The notes under the pieces were generated by a model, which had not been told where the DNA came from, did not search any database, and worked only from the letters and a program-made list of their open reading frames with translations. A stretch of 62,794 nt of DNA, counting the filler, from Nemertoderma westbladi (lineage: Eukaryota; Animalia; Xenacoelomorpha): NCBI GenBank assembly GCA_032718475.1. It is 3 parts of 3 records of this genome, joined end to end, with 100 filler letters (N's around TTAATTAATTAA, not from the genome) between each part and the next. Parts side by side here need not be neighbours in the genome. Positions count along the whole stretch, not along the records: positions 29,185 to 51,583 come from JAUCBJ010006532.1; positions 51,684 to 62,794 come from JAUCBJ010003541.1; 1 more part is not named here. The stretch is one strand, 5' to 3'. Every line of letters starts with the position of its first letter. The first letter of the stretch is position 1. Below, piece by piece: positions 50,901-62,794 of this stretch. The translations under genes were made by a program, and so were the position numbers.

Positions 50901-51583
50901 GTACTAAAGTCAGTCGTACAATAATTGAATACGTAAACATATGAAATGATATCAAACTGTTGCGAAATCAATGTGTTTGTTCGGCGTGGATTTAAACCAC
51001 TTAGCTAATTAGAAGAAATTTAATGCTGTTGGTTAGATCCTGTTGGTTCGGTAGGTTATGGAGTCAGCATTAATTAAGAACTGTAATGCAGTTCATTTGG
51101 TTTGAACACTAATGACTGTAGACACAGACACTTTCATGTGAGTGGTGTTTAGTGTCCCACGTGGGCGTGAAAGTTTAAAATCACTCGTGCGGGTAAAGTT
51201 TAATGTTGTACAAAGACTATTAATAATATGAAAACTGTAACCTCGGCAGAAGGAAACATGTAACATTCGAACGGACATATATCATCATTATGGTTTCTAG
51301 TTTCAGATTTGTAATAGGTTTCATGGGTACTGATAAAACACAAAACGTACGAAGAACGTTTTTTCGCTGGCCTTAATTTTCCTTATTTCCATCCGGTTCC
51401 CCCAATCTACTCCAGTTTCTAGAATAGCTGTGGCTTGTGCATATCGATGGAGAAACTTGCAAACATCTGTAGCAAAATATATACAGTGTACAAAGCAAAC
51501 AAAAAACTGACTCTGACTGACTCAAGTAAAAATGTATTAAACAACGTGTTTTAGTCTGTATCCAATATGAAACACGTTCGTGG

Positions 51584-51683
51584 NNNNNNNNNNNNNNNNN
51601 NNNNNNNNNNNNNNNNNNNNNNNNNNNTTAATTAATTAANNNNNNNNNNNNNNNNNNNNNNNNNNNNNNNNNNNNNNNNNNNN
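51584..51683. other. Assembly gap with artificial six-frame stop linker
   Basis: Same 100-nt structure as the first gap; the contig breaks at a HINE-like 5' end (ACACGTTCGTGG). Confidence 0.98.
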
Positions 51684-51811
51684 GGATGTAAATAAAACTG
51701 ACAGAAATAAGTAAGCTCCAAAAGAAACAAGGGGTGTACAGTCCCTAATCTCTTAAACAGCCTACCGGTATGCAATAATCAAAATCGAATAATACTAATG
51801 TACTTATACTG

Positions 51812-51940
51812 GAAGTACCGGTTAGGACAGTTGGGCCTACGGACCTACAGAAGTACCAGTTCTGGCAGTTGGACCTACGGACCTACAGCAGTACCGGTTC
51901 TGGCAGTTGGGCCTACTGACCTACAGAAGTACCGGTTCAG
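51812..51940. repeat. Short tandem repeat (~38 bp x3)
   Basis: CAGTTGGGCCTACGGACCTACAGAAGTACC repeated. Confidence 0.8.
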
Positions 51941-52129
51941 GTTTACCGGTCGACAGGTACTTTCAACTTTATTGCTTACTGCAATAAGGTCAATGACTGT
52001 TATTGTACGCGCTTTTGAAGACCTTTAGCAGTTTAACCTGCCAAAATTTATATGTCTTTTGGTTTATAATATACTTTAGAAGAAGACAAATATTTAATAC
52101 CAATAAACACAACATTAGCAGAAGCCAGC

Positions 52130-53050
52130 CTAGTGCGCGTCCATTCACCCGCTGGATAATCCCGGGAGACTGGATTCTGTCGGCTTAAATTATTATTGCA
52201 GTGAAGCTTACTGTATTGTATTATTCGATTGATCGTTAATAATTAATTTCTGACTAATATTATTTACTTTCGGGAAATATTAACAGTTCCTTTAGGACGT
52301 GGCGCTCTATCTAAGTAAACAGAGATATGACTTATACTAATCACAACGGTAAGTCGGTAAGGCTTAAGATTCACGTATGAGGCGCATTCTTTAGGAAATG
52401 CTTAGTTATCAATCACAATCATGCACACTACCGGTAACACACAATACTGCTCACTAATTTGCCGACCGTCAATGAATTTTATCATATATAAAGCGAACAG
52501 CAATTGACTCATGTAGGGCTTATCAAATAGCATTAAATTCACTACAAACCACAACAATATAAGTCGCAATCGCTATATATAACCCGTCTCTCTAACCTGT
52601 AGTGTATCAAGAAAATTGGGAAATTTGGGTTCTTTATATATGTTCTCCAAATGATATTCAACCAAACACAACAGTAAATAGCAGTATAATAATGTATGTT
52701 AAACAGTAATAACAACAAAGTATTGAATTGTGAATGGAATTGTTAAGAATTGCATTGAATTGGACTGATATGTGAGTTGATAACAGTCATACGCTCTATA
52801 ATTTAAGCCTACTAATGTTTCTTCTAAAAGTATGAAACGAATTGATTCTAGAGCCGTTGTTCCTGGCCTAGACAGCAATAACAAGAAAGTATCAAGAAAA
52901 AACAGTAAGACTGAACACTCTCCTTATGATCGACCGAAAAGCTACACGTCGACAGGAAAAATCGCTCTGATTGGCTCAAGCCAAACAAAGAACCATGCGT
53001 CCAATGGCTGTTTCCATGTCAGCAACCAGCTGTTAGATGTCGTAATATGA
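52130..53050. repeat. Dispersed repeat, copy 2
   Basis: Collinear with 14840-15700. Confidence 0.8.
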
Positions 53051-54007
53051 ATCATCACGGCTAAGCTATGAAAGGTATTTGCCGCATTGCAGGTTTTTTG
53101 CCTTACCATGTCCGCTAAAACACGTATATAGCAGAATGACTTTTATGTCCGTTAAAACACCTGTAAAGGTACCTTGCGGGCGAGGGGAATATATATACAG
53201 TTAGAGAACCTTTTTAGAGTATTCCAGCGCCTGGGGGGAAACTGGATTGCGAAGCAAAAGGGCCAGTTATATCCCACAGAAGCTTTTACAGATATAATAT
53301 CATAATACCCAGTAAAATACTTACGGTTTACACCATGACACGTAGTATAGATTAAGGTAACAGAGACAAAGTTATGAAACCGAAACCAAATTCGACACAT
53401 ACATCCATAGAATCCAGAAATAGGTCATGTAAAATATAACAATATAATATTTATTTATTACAAAAAAAGAAAACAAATTACTAAATAATTCTAGTAAGAG
53501 TAACTAACAATAAACTTTATTGTAAAATTTATAATAACATATATGATTGACGATACCAATAAATTTTGGGTGTTTTTCATTCATTTTGGTTTAGATAAAA
53601 TTTGATTTGGGGGCCATTTCTTTGTTTATTTTATGTTGAATAATTATTTTTTTGGTGTTCGGGAAATTTTTTGTGAAGCCCAAAAAAATGTTTTTTTGGT
53701 TCCCGATATTTTTATGTTGTGACATTGTTTGAATTGATGAGATATATTTTTATGTGAAATTTTTATAAATTTTGCTGACTTTAATAGCCTAAAAGAAACT
53801 ACCTGCTTGCTCAGTGTGGGCGATTACCCTAACTTTTATTAACACCGCGTGATAATACCAAGTTGGAAACTTCTAGAGATTTACATCTGGTATATTTTGC
53901 ATCATAATCATAAATAAGTTCCCCAAAATAACGCGAATATCTCGAGATATGCGAATATTATTCATTAAATCAATCAATATATCTATAAAATTAGTAATTA
54001 ATTAAAC

Positions 54008-55952
54008 ATGGCCGCTTTCAGCCACAGAAGGGAACCTAGTAACTTTATCTCCGACCTATATTATCCGGGAAACAGGAGGTTTTCATTCGCCATCGTTTAT
54101 CGTTCCAACTGATTCCATCAAGGAAATAAAAGAACAGCTGGAATGTATTCCCGATGTGGATCTATCTGATACAGCGATCGATATGTTGGATGACGTCAGT
54201 TCCGGTAAACACTCGGATATTGTTGGTCCATCTGTACCGAGTCTCGTAGAATCGGTTAACGATAAACTCGATAACAGTTTGGGACGCGTTGGTTCCGGAG
54301 CGGGACGGACTTCTAGGGGGGGAAGTCCGATCTCAGTAGCCGAGGGAGAAGAAATAGCTGAAGAGATTTCGGGTTCTTCTACAGTTGAGTCGGATTTAAA
54401 TGTCATCGTCTCTCCTAAATCGATGGCTCCTTTCGAACCCCGAAGTGGTTTACGTCCCAGAAAGGAGGTCGATTACGCCAACCGCAACTGCCCAATAAAA
54501 TCCTTCAATAACTTTATATTCTGCGACCTTTGCGGCGAGGAATATAATGAATTACAGTGTCCGATGCACGGGGAGTTTAACTTCGTACCGAATACCGAAA
54601 CCACTCGTGGAGGAAGGAACCGGGGCAGCAGAACAATTCCCTCGTGTTTGGAGATAAAGAAATCTCCGATTCATAATAAAGGAGTGTTTACAAAGGTCGA
54701 ATTGAATCCGGGTACATTATTTGGCCCTTATGGCGGAGAGAGGAAACCTGGTAAACCTCTTCCCGGCAAGTCTGACGGTTACAGCTGGTTGATGTTGGAC
54801 GATGTGGGTAAATTCTTTACTGTCAGCGGGAGATGGGAGTTCAAGTCTAATTGGATGCGATACGTAAACTGCGCCAAATGGGAGGAGGAACAAACAGTTT
54901 GTGCTTTCCAGTTCAGAGAGGATATGTATTATCGGGTCTGTAAACCAGTTGCAGCCGGTACGGAACTCCTTGTTTGGTACGGAACGGAATACGCGGAGGA
55001 ATTGGGAATAATTACCAAACAACCCAAGAATAAGAAATTGGGGATGAAAGTTTTGGAAGACGGGATGATTCTGTGTACCGGGTGTGGAAGTTACCGGTCC
55101 GATAATCAGGAGGCAATTCTTAGACACCAGGATAGTCGAGGTGGATGTGCTGAGCGGAAGAGATTAGATTTAGTTCACGATAAGAGTTTACATAAATACC
55201 CGTGCGAACATTGCGACGTCGTCTACACCGTGGAATCTTTTCTTGTTTCCCATTTAAAACGGAAACACAAGGAACCCGGTTCTACTCCAACAGGTTCGGG
55301 TTCCAACGTTCCGACTGGTCCCAAGAAACGTTCCAGTTCAGATAAACCAGTTGATAGTTTGGGATGTAGTTCTTGTGGGAAAGTGTTTGGATATAAATCC
55401 CAACTAATGGAGCACGAAAGGGTTCACTCTGGTGAGAAACCGTTCAGCTGCTCTACATGTAGTAAAGCTTTCAGCCAACAGTCCCATCTAACAACCCACC
55501 AACGCACTCACTCTGGGGAGAAACCGTTCAGCTGCTCTACATGTAGTAAAGCTTTCAGCAAACAGTCCAGTCTAACACGCCACCAACGCACTCACTCTGG
55601 GGAGAAACCGTTCAGCTGCTCTACATGTAGTAAAGCTTTTAGCACACAGTTAAATCTAACAACCCACCAACGCACTCATTCCGGGGAGAAACCGTTCCAA
55701 TGTATTATGTGCAACAAAGCTTTCTCACGGAACGACGATCTAATAAAACACAATCGTATTCACACTGGAGATAAACCCTACAATTGTAACGTCTGTAGTA
55801 AATCATTCACCCAGATTGCCCATCTAACAACCCACCAACGTATCCACACAGGAGATAAACCCTACATCTGTGATACTTGCGGTAAAGCGTTCTCCGTTTC
55901 ATCCAATCTAGCGACCCATAAACGCAACCAGCACAGCGTGAAGAATCAGTAA
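54008..55952 (+). CDS. prdm9: PRDM9/PRDM7-like histone methyltransferase: SSXRD-like motif, zinc knuckle, PR/SET, post-SET finger and 7 tandem C2H2 fingers; start uncertain
   Basis: LRPRKEVDY..FCDLC..CPMHG; FGPYGG; SNWMRYVNCA; MYYR; ELLVWYGTEY; H(S/T)G(E/D)KP linkers. The frame is open from 54006; the ATG at 54008 is 1 nt out of frame and the first in-frame ATG is 54183. Orthology was not tested. Confidence 0.82.
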
Positions 55953-56404
55953 ACTGTTGTTTATCGAGGGGAGGAAAGTTTTTAGTCGCTCGATCTGATT
56001 TAATTACCTGAACTTCTTCTTTCCCACAAGGAAAAACAGACTAAATAAATTTTATTTGGATTCGTTTTAATAATAAATAATTTATAAATAAATAAATTAA
56101 TTTATACCTAATGTATACCATATTTAATTTATTCATTAATTTAGTACCTACTGTAATAATTAATTAATAATATAATATAATTTATGTAATTTATTTTTGA
56201 AGTTATAATTTGTGAGTGTCTCTCTATAGTAAACTCTGCATAAAAGTATCCGACAACTTTTACAAATTGTTGGTTATTAAAAGTTAACATTATTAATAAC
56301 AAACATGAAAATTCCCATAAAGTTGCAGCGCCACCTAGCGGCGCAGAATCATTTCCAAATTCGTCTGATAGATTTGTTGCCAAACCTCTTTACTCTATCA
56401 AAAA

Positions 56405-56915
56405 AAACTATAAAAAATAAATGAACAGGTAAACAATAGAGTCTTACACCCCACAAAACAATAAAAAAAACATAGAATTAGCTGATGAGGTGTCGGAGAT
56501 TACCGCGTACAGTACTGGGTCTCAGACACCGAAACGCAACCAAATTTTTGATAAAATAAATTATTTTTTGCCCTAGTTCTACCCCATTGCGGCGACAAAA
56601 TGTCATATATTTTCTTATAGAATATAGGCTTAACTTTTGTGCAGTATAATACCGGTATCATTTAGTGTATGGCGGTTAGGCTTAGGGTTAGGGTGCGATG
56701 CATACCTGTATGTTGAGCATGTTTAATATATTAGATTTCTGTTTGTTGTTTTTTGTTTTTTGTTTATGTCGTTTTTTTTTGTTTGTTTTGTTTGTGGTTT
56801 GTCGATGGCCCGAGGGCCGAGTACTATTTTGGGCGTAATGTCCTGATTCTATGTTTTTTTTATTGTTTTGTGGGGTGTAAGACTCTATTGTTTACCTGCT
56901 TATTTATTTTTTATA
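56405..56915. mobile_element. Foldback/MITE-like element
   Basis: AAACAATAGAGTCTTACACCCCACAAAACAATAAAAAAAACATAGAAT, with its reverse complement at about 56845-56892. Confidence 0.75.
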
Positions 56916-58605
56916 TATATTTAATAAGCCCCTGTTAGTCAGGATGTCGCGTACGACCTTTAAAAAAACTATCACGTTATTAGAGTCCAAACTGTGATAG
57001 TCTTAGTGTTTCAAGTGCAACTCGCGCATTTTTCTACGTAAACTAGTTAACTAAATATATTTATTTGTGAAAAATATAGTCAATCTAGAATAACATATTA
57101 GGTACCGGTACTGTACCTAACTGTTTTATTTTTAACCCGTAATGTTTTCGGAATTGCGTCTAACGTTCTCCATCGAGAGTTGCAATAACTATTTGTAACG
57201 ATGTAAAGTATAACTTTATGGTGTGGTAATGCGAGTGGTTGGATAAACTAAGCATTGGTGAGGGGGGGGGGGGGGGGGGGATCGGTGCAATTAATAGGTA
57301 GTAACTTTAGTTTATTGTTTTGGTTCGAATAAAGTGCCACTCGAACATCCTCTTTTCCCTTAATTGATAATTTATAATTGAGACCAGATATTAATTCGCA
57401 GAGATGGTGCAGGAGATTTGCGCCAAGTTTCCCTCCTATATCATTCAACATAATATCTCCATATTTGGAGATATGTTACATATTTTGATTTATTATGTTC
57501 TGCTTTTCGACGAATTGAAGCCTCAGGAGAAGTGAGTGCCTCGGTTTGTATCACACTGATATCTGTGATCTATGAAAGCTCAATTAAATATTTACCCAGC
57601 TCTGTGTCTTTTGTCTCATTGTTTCAAATGGCTTCATATAAAGGTGTTTATACATTTTCGCTGTCTTTTAAAAATTTTTGGATAAATGTAGCTGTTCTCA
57701 TTTTTATGATGGAGCTCAAAGGTGTTCTTCCCAATTCAACATATGGGAATTCGTCCGGGGTACACTGCGCTTTAGACCAAGCAACGTCTTGAGTTACCAA
57801 GCAACGTCTTGAGTACTTAACGGTACTTAATCCTTCCAGAGCTGATATTTCGACGTAAATAACAGCTGATTATTCTCAAAAATAAAACTGTAACCTGTTC
57901 GATTGTGCTTAGTTTATTATTTTGGTTAAAATGACGTGCCACTGTAACCTGCTCATTTCCCTAAATTGATAATTTAACCGGGTTTTGCGTCCAGTTCCCC
58001 CCCCCCCCCCCCCCCCCTGTCTCAGAAAATAAAAGCGAAAATAAAAATTAAACACGATATACAATATTGGGTTCCTTGCCGAATTCCGGACATAAGTTTT
58101 ATTAGATTGGAGTATTCAAAGTTTAATTAAATAACCTCCATAATGTTGTAATATGCTGCAGCAAAGGCAGTTAGTAAGATAACCCCACAGCCCATAGCTG
58201 CTAGTTTTTGCAATAGTTTCCGTCTGCTTATTTTATCGAAGGATGCAGTGAAGTCCTTAAAAAAATATTGTTTTTTTGCCGTCAATTCTCAATCAGGGGA
58301 ATGATGCAGATATGTAAGTTCCCTGGAGGGTTTGAGATCCCCAAAGACTAGTCACCGGATCTATTGTGTGGGGAACAATTTGTCATGCAGGCCCTAGGAA
58401 AAGAACGAGTTGGTTGAACATCAATTATTTATTAAACGAGCTGTTTCGTTTAAACGAACTGATTCAAAATATATGGGTTTCCCCATAACAATAATTATAA
58501 TATTCACAATACAATAAACCTACTGTAAAATAATTTATTTAATAAGGCCACTGACTTTACTTTATAGAATATTTTAACCCCCCAAACTATGTGTGATAGG
58601 TCTTG

Positions 58606-58863
58606 GGACGTTAGTGCCCGCGAGGCATTAGTGCCCGCGGTCACTATTGTCTCAATACCTTTAGTGCTCGCTGTCACTTAGTCGCATTATCGCGGGCATT
58701 AATTTTCCATAGGACGTTAGTGCCCGCGAGACGTTAGTGTCCGCTAGATATTAGTGCCCGCGAGACATTAGTGCCCGCGAGACATTAGTGCCCGCGAGAC
58801 ATTAGTGCCCGCGAGACATTAGTGCCCGCGAGACATTAGTGCCCGCGAGACATTAGTGCCCGC
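58606..58863. repeat. 17-bp minisatellite
   Basis: GACATTAGTGCCCGCGA tandem copies, near-perfect at about 58750-58863. Confidence 0.92.
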
Positions 58864-60715
58864 CTAGCGACTTAGTTACAATATAGTTACAGGAAGACAT
58901 TTGTTCCCGCTTCTTTTGTTCCTGCTGATGCAAACGAGTCGTTACTTTCTTCAACTTCAAAGGTACAAATTTCCAGTCTTTAGTTCCCGCATCTCGTTTT
59001 TTAACATTTTAATTTCAATTTGGATCTTTTATGATTAAAAAATTTATTAACCTCAGATAGACATGGTAGCATTATATCATTTGGATTTGCAGTAAGGTCT
59101 TCAAGAAAATGAGGATTAAGCAACAGCGTTTTTAAATAAAATACTTTTGATTGAGTATACTTAATTTGTTTAACTTAATACTGGAGACAGTGTGTAATAA
59201 AAAAAACAATGTGCAGTACTATACACGTTCGTGGGGCCTTCGCGCAGCACGAGGCCCAGTTATTAGATACAAATTAAAATTGAGCGACTGTATCACAAAA
59301 TCAGGTTTTGAGAAATTTACCCACACCACCAATCAATCGAAGAAAGGGGGACAGTACGTGTTCACCCCTTTAATCTCTCCCCCCCCCCCCCCCAACCTTC
59401 CCAACCACCAATGCATAACCGCGACATCTACCACCCACGGAAGGGTAGCACGAACTTATTTCCAATCGCACGTTAAATATGCAAAGCCAGGTGGTTTATA
59501 GGAATATAATAAACGCAGTACTCGTTTTCATTATAAGCCTCTTTGCGTTCGTCCTGTTTTGTATTTAAATATATTTCTTAAACGCAGGCTAGGACGATCT
59601 TTATAATAATAATAACTAGGGATGCGATCAATATGTGAAGCCAGGTGGTTTATATAATGATTTAGTCAACGCAGTACTCGTCTTCATTATATGCCTCGTT
59701 GCGCTCGTCGCTTGTCCTGTTTTGTCATAAAATATTTTTCCTAAACGCAGACTGACGATCTTTATACAGTTATAACTATGCGAAGTTTCGAAACTGTGCG
59801 AGTAACTGTTGATACATCTATGTGGAGATGTGTGATATGTGGAGATGTGTGATACAACGCCAACGCATCTTATGCCGATGTAGTAATATGGGTATTGAAA
59901 TAATATTAAATCAATGTACACTATTAAAGCTGCAGCGAAAAAATGTAGCTAATTTCCTAGGTTACATATAAAATAATAATATTATTTTTAAGAACATTAA
60001 TTTTACTACTTTGCAAAAATTCAATTAAAAAATAACCAGACATATACATTGTGGAATAAACTATTTCAGAAGCCTACAATAGCCATGCCATGGATGGTAT
60101 TTATATTATTATATCTGTCATTTTACCTGAGATAGCAATACAACACTTATAGTAGAGTCAATGTTGGGATGTTGGATTTAAAGAATGCTGTCTCAAAATC
60201 TGAATCCTAACCCACCTTACTGTACCCCTATCCCATATCCTGTGATGTACTCCAGGACTACAGCTATGACATAAGTGCTTATTCTCGCATACGTACGTCA
60301 GCTCACACGACCTGGTAGCCTGGCGCAATTAATCTCAAAATCCCCTCAAATTCTCAACCCTGATGTTGTTGAAAAATACAAGATACATCGTAGAGACAGA
60401 CTAGGAAATTTCGAACAGGAGGGTTACTTATCTGGACCGGCGTTCCAAACGTCTGTATGGCAACCGCCACTTACTCACGCGCTGTACCTCGCACGGGTTC
60501 CATCATAAGATTTACGCCCACAACCGCTCATTCCATTCCCCTCAACAGAGCTGCGTGTGCCGGTACTTGCGGCCAATCCGCCCACCACCGCTACCACGTA
60601 TTGGATTGTACCAGCTGCCCCTCTCTATCCGTCATTGCCCATGTTAATAACTCAGTTTAAATATATATTTTATTAATTTATTTTTATGTCATCACTACCG
60701 ATCTGAACTACAAGC

Positions 60716-61988
60716 AATAAATGCAATGGTTATATTACTAACACATATTGAATATTGCTACTACTACGTGGACTGGCCAATGAATGCACCCCAATCAGAT
60801 GGTGTTCTGTCCCATCATTGGCTAAACTATAATCTTTCCTTTGGCACTCCCTGTTCCCCTTTATACCCACGTGCTAGCCCCTTTGTCCCCCTGAGATGGC
60901 TTTCGGCCTCTCATCTCTACTTGTGGCTGGCAATGTGTATTGCCTGCGTTGGTTATTAGGTGACATTATATTGCTAATGTCACCTGGCCAACTACAAATA
61001 ATACGCTGCTGAGCGCAAACTTTTGTGAGATACTGTGTTTAATTAGTAAATTTATATTATTAGTATTTGTTGAATTTATTATAGAGCTAGGATATGTTGT
61101 TTTAGTTTTTTTTTGTAAATAGACCTTTTGATTTGCATTTTCGAATTTCCAGGGGTAGTTCATTCCAAACCATATGGATCCGCTCACAGGAAGGTTTGAA
61201 CTTTGAAGGGAATTATCTCAGAATGACATTATTTTCACACGAAAAAATACTACTACTCTCCGCCATTTCTTATCAGTTTTTTTGCAATTATTTATTTATA
61301 TGAAAGATAATTTCATAAACTTCAATAAATTTCGGCCAGTTTTCTTGATTTCATAATATGGCCCCATTTTTATTTATTGAATGTAAAGAATTGGAAAAAC
61401 ATGGGATTTATTAATTTGTTTAAATTTTTTTTTACAAAATTGCCAATTATCATATCAGAAATATAAAACAACATTTGATAACATCTATATCTATAACATT
61501 TGTGCTAAATTAACTGCGTACTAAATATTATATAACAAAATTAAATTCCGGACAAAAATGATAAAAAAAAGAAAAAAAATCATGTAGGCATTGCATTGTT
61601 GCCAAGCTACTTATGAGGTTGGCCGTTGAATGATTGATTGTGAGTGGATCCAATTCGCTGCACTACCTAGCAGAAAACGGGGAAAGTGGCTTTTTACCAA
61701 TTATAGTTGGCTAGGTGACATTACCAATATAATGTCACCTAACAACCAACAAACGCAATATACATTGTGAGCCACAGGGAGAGATGAATGGCTACAGGCC
61801 AGCTCAGGGGGACGAAAGAAGCTAGCACGTGGGCATCAGAGAACAGAACAGGGAGTGCCAAGGGAAGGAAGGATAGGTTAGCCAATGGTGGGGCAGAACA
61901 CCATCTAATTGGGATGCATCCATTGGCCAGGCCACGTAGCAAGTAGCAATATTCCATATGTGTTAGTAATATAACCGTTGCCTTTATT
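60716..61988. mobile_element. Foldback element with ~270-bp diverged TIRs
   Basis: GGTTATATTACTAACACATAT...TATTGCTACT at 60728 is inverted at about 61945-61976; arms at about 60716-60985 and 61712-61988; no clear TSD. Confidence 0.8.
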
Positions 61989-62020
61989 ACATGTTGTTCA
62001 GCTGGTTTCTGTAGAGCCAG

Positions 62021-62375
62021 CTGTCAAGTGCAATGCACACATCTCCAACCAGACACTATATAACATTGGAGGTGTCTCACTGGTTCCCCCTAGCTTGACA
62101 CTAGAACAAAATCGCCTCCGCTTTGCAGGACATTGCTTTCGCCGTCAGGACCAGCCAGTGCATAATCTTGTACTTTGGCAGCCTCATGGAGTGAATAAGC
62201 ATGGTGGACAGCCCATGACTTTCTTGAGACGCATCTTAAAGGACACTGGCCTTGAAGATGCGGATGATCTAGCAAATGTCATGGGTGATAGGGAGTTGTG
62301 GCGGTGCAATTTTGTCGATAAGCCGGCACAGCATTCTTAAAAATGCAGCTGCAATGCAGCATGCCGATCCTAGTA
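62021..62375 (+). mobile_element. 3' end of the RTE family
   Basis: Nearly identical to 8075-8429 (…ELWRCNFVDKPAQHS*, then CCGATCCTAGTA). Confidence 0.93.
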
Positions 62376-62794
62376 AATGTGTAGAGCTGTGGAAGCAAGA
62401 CGGTTTAAACCGTCACTGTCGTCAGTAACCGTGCTATATTGTATTCTGACTGTGCTATTATTGTATTCTGACATTACGAACAATGGCCATTAAAACTCAG
62501 TTATTCTCTCGGCCTCTGGCCTTTCAGACTCAGATACCACAAGCCTTTCAGCAGCGGACGACGGCGGACGAGGGGGGGGGGGGGGGGGGGGGGGGGTGGG
62601 CAGATAAAGCCCCACGAGCGTCGGCAGATAATGCGCGAGGTGAGTTAAGAGAACCGTGGCACCTGATGATGGAGGAAAGGGGGGGGGGCAGCAAACGCCC
62701 CACGAGCGTCGGCAGATAATGCGCATGGTGAGTTAAGTGAACGGTGGCACCCCGATGACAGAGGATAGTAGGAGGACTGCGAATATCCGCGGGG

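Overview
Repeat-rich eukaryotic (metazoan) genomic DNA, joined across two 100-nt assembly gaps (29085-29184 and 51584-51683), each carrying a TTAATTAATTAA six-frame-stop linker. There are four host-type genes, all on the + strand: an intronless TPR + MYND zinc finger + MSS51-like gene, an intronless Vav GEF that ends after its SH2 domain, a six-exon TMCC/TEX28-family gene, and an intronless PRDM9-like PR/SET + C2H2 zinc-finger gene. The rest is mostly mobile DNA: nested LINE remnants (RTE-X-like and RTE), a Helentron/HINE-like element with CTCF-like motif repeats, piggyBac-, IS3EU- and Harbinger-type non-autonomous elements, and minisatellites. The most striking feature is the 3' half of a BEL/Pao LTR retrotransposon. 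Between its integrase and its PPT/3' LTR lies about 4.4 kb of cargo: a 32-bp tandem array, a DEDDy (WRN/EXD/Mut-7-type) 3'-5' exonuclease ORF and an in-frame triple CCHC zinc-knuckle ORF. This is a candidate retrotransposon-encoded RNA-trimming or anti-silencing module. All family calls come from reading motifs by eye; no database searches were run.
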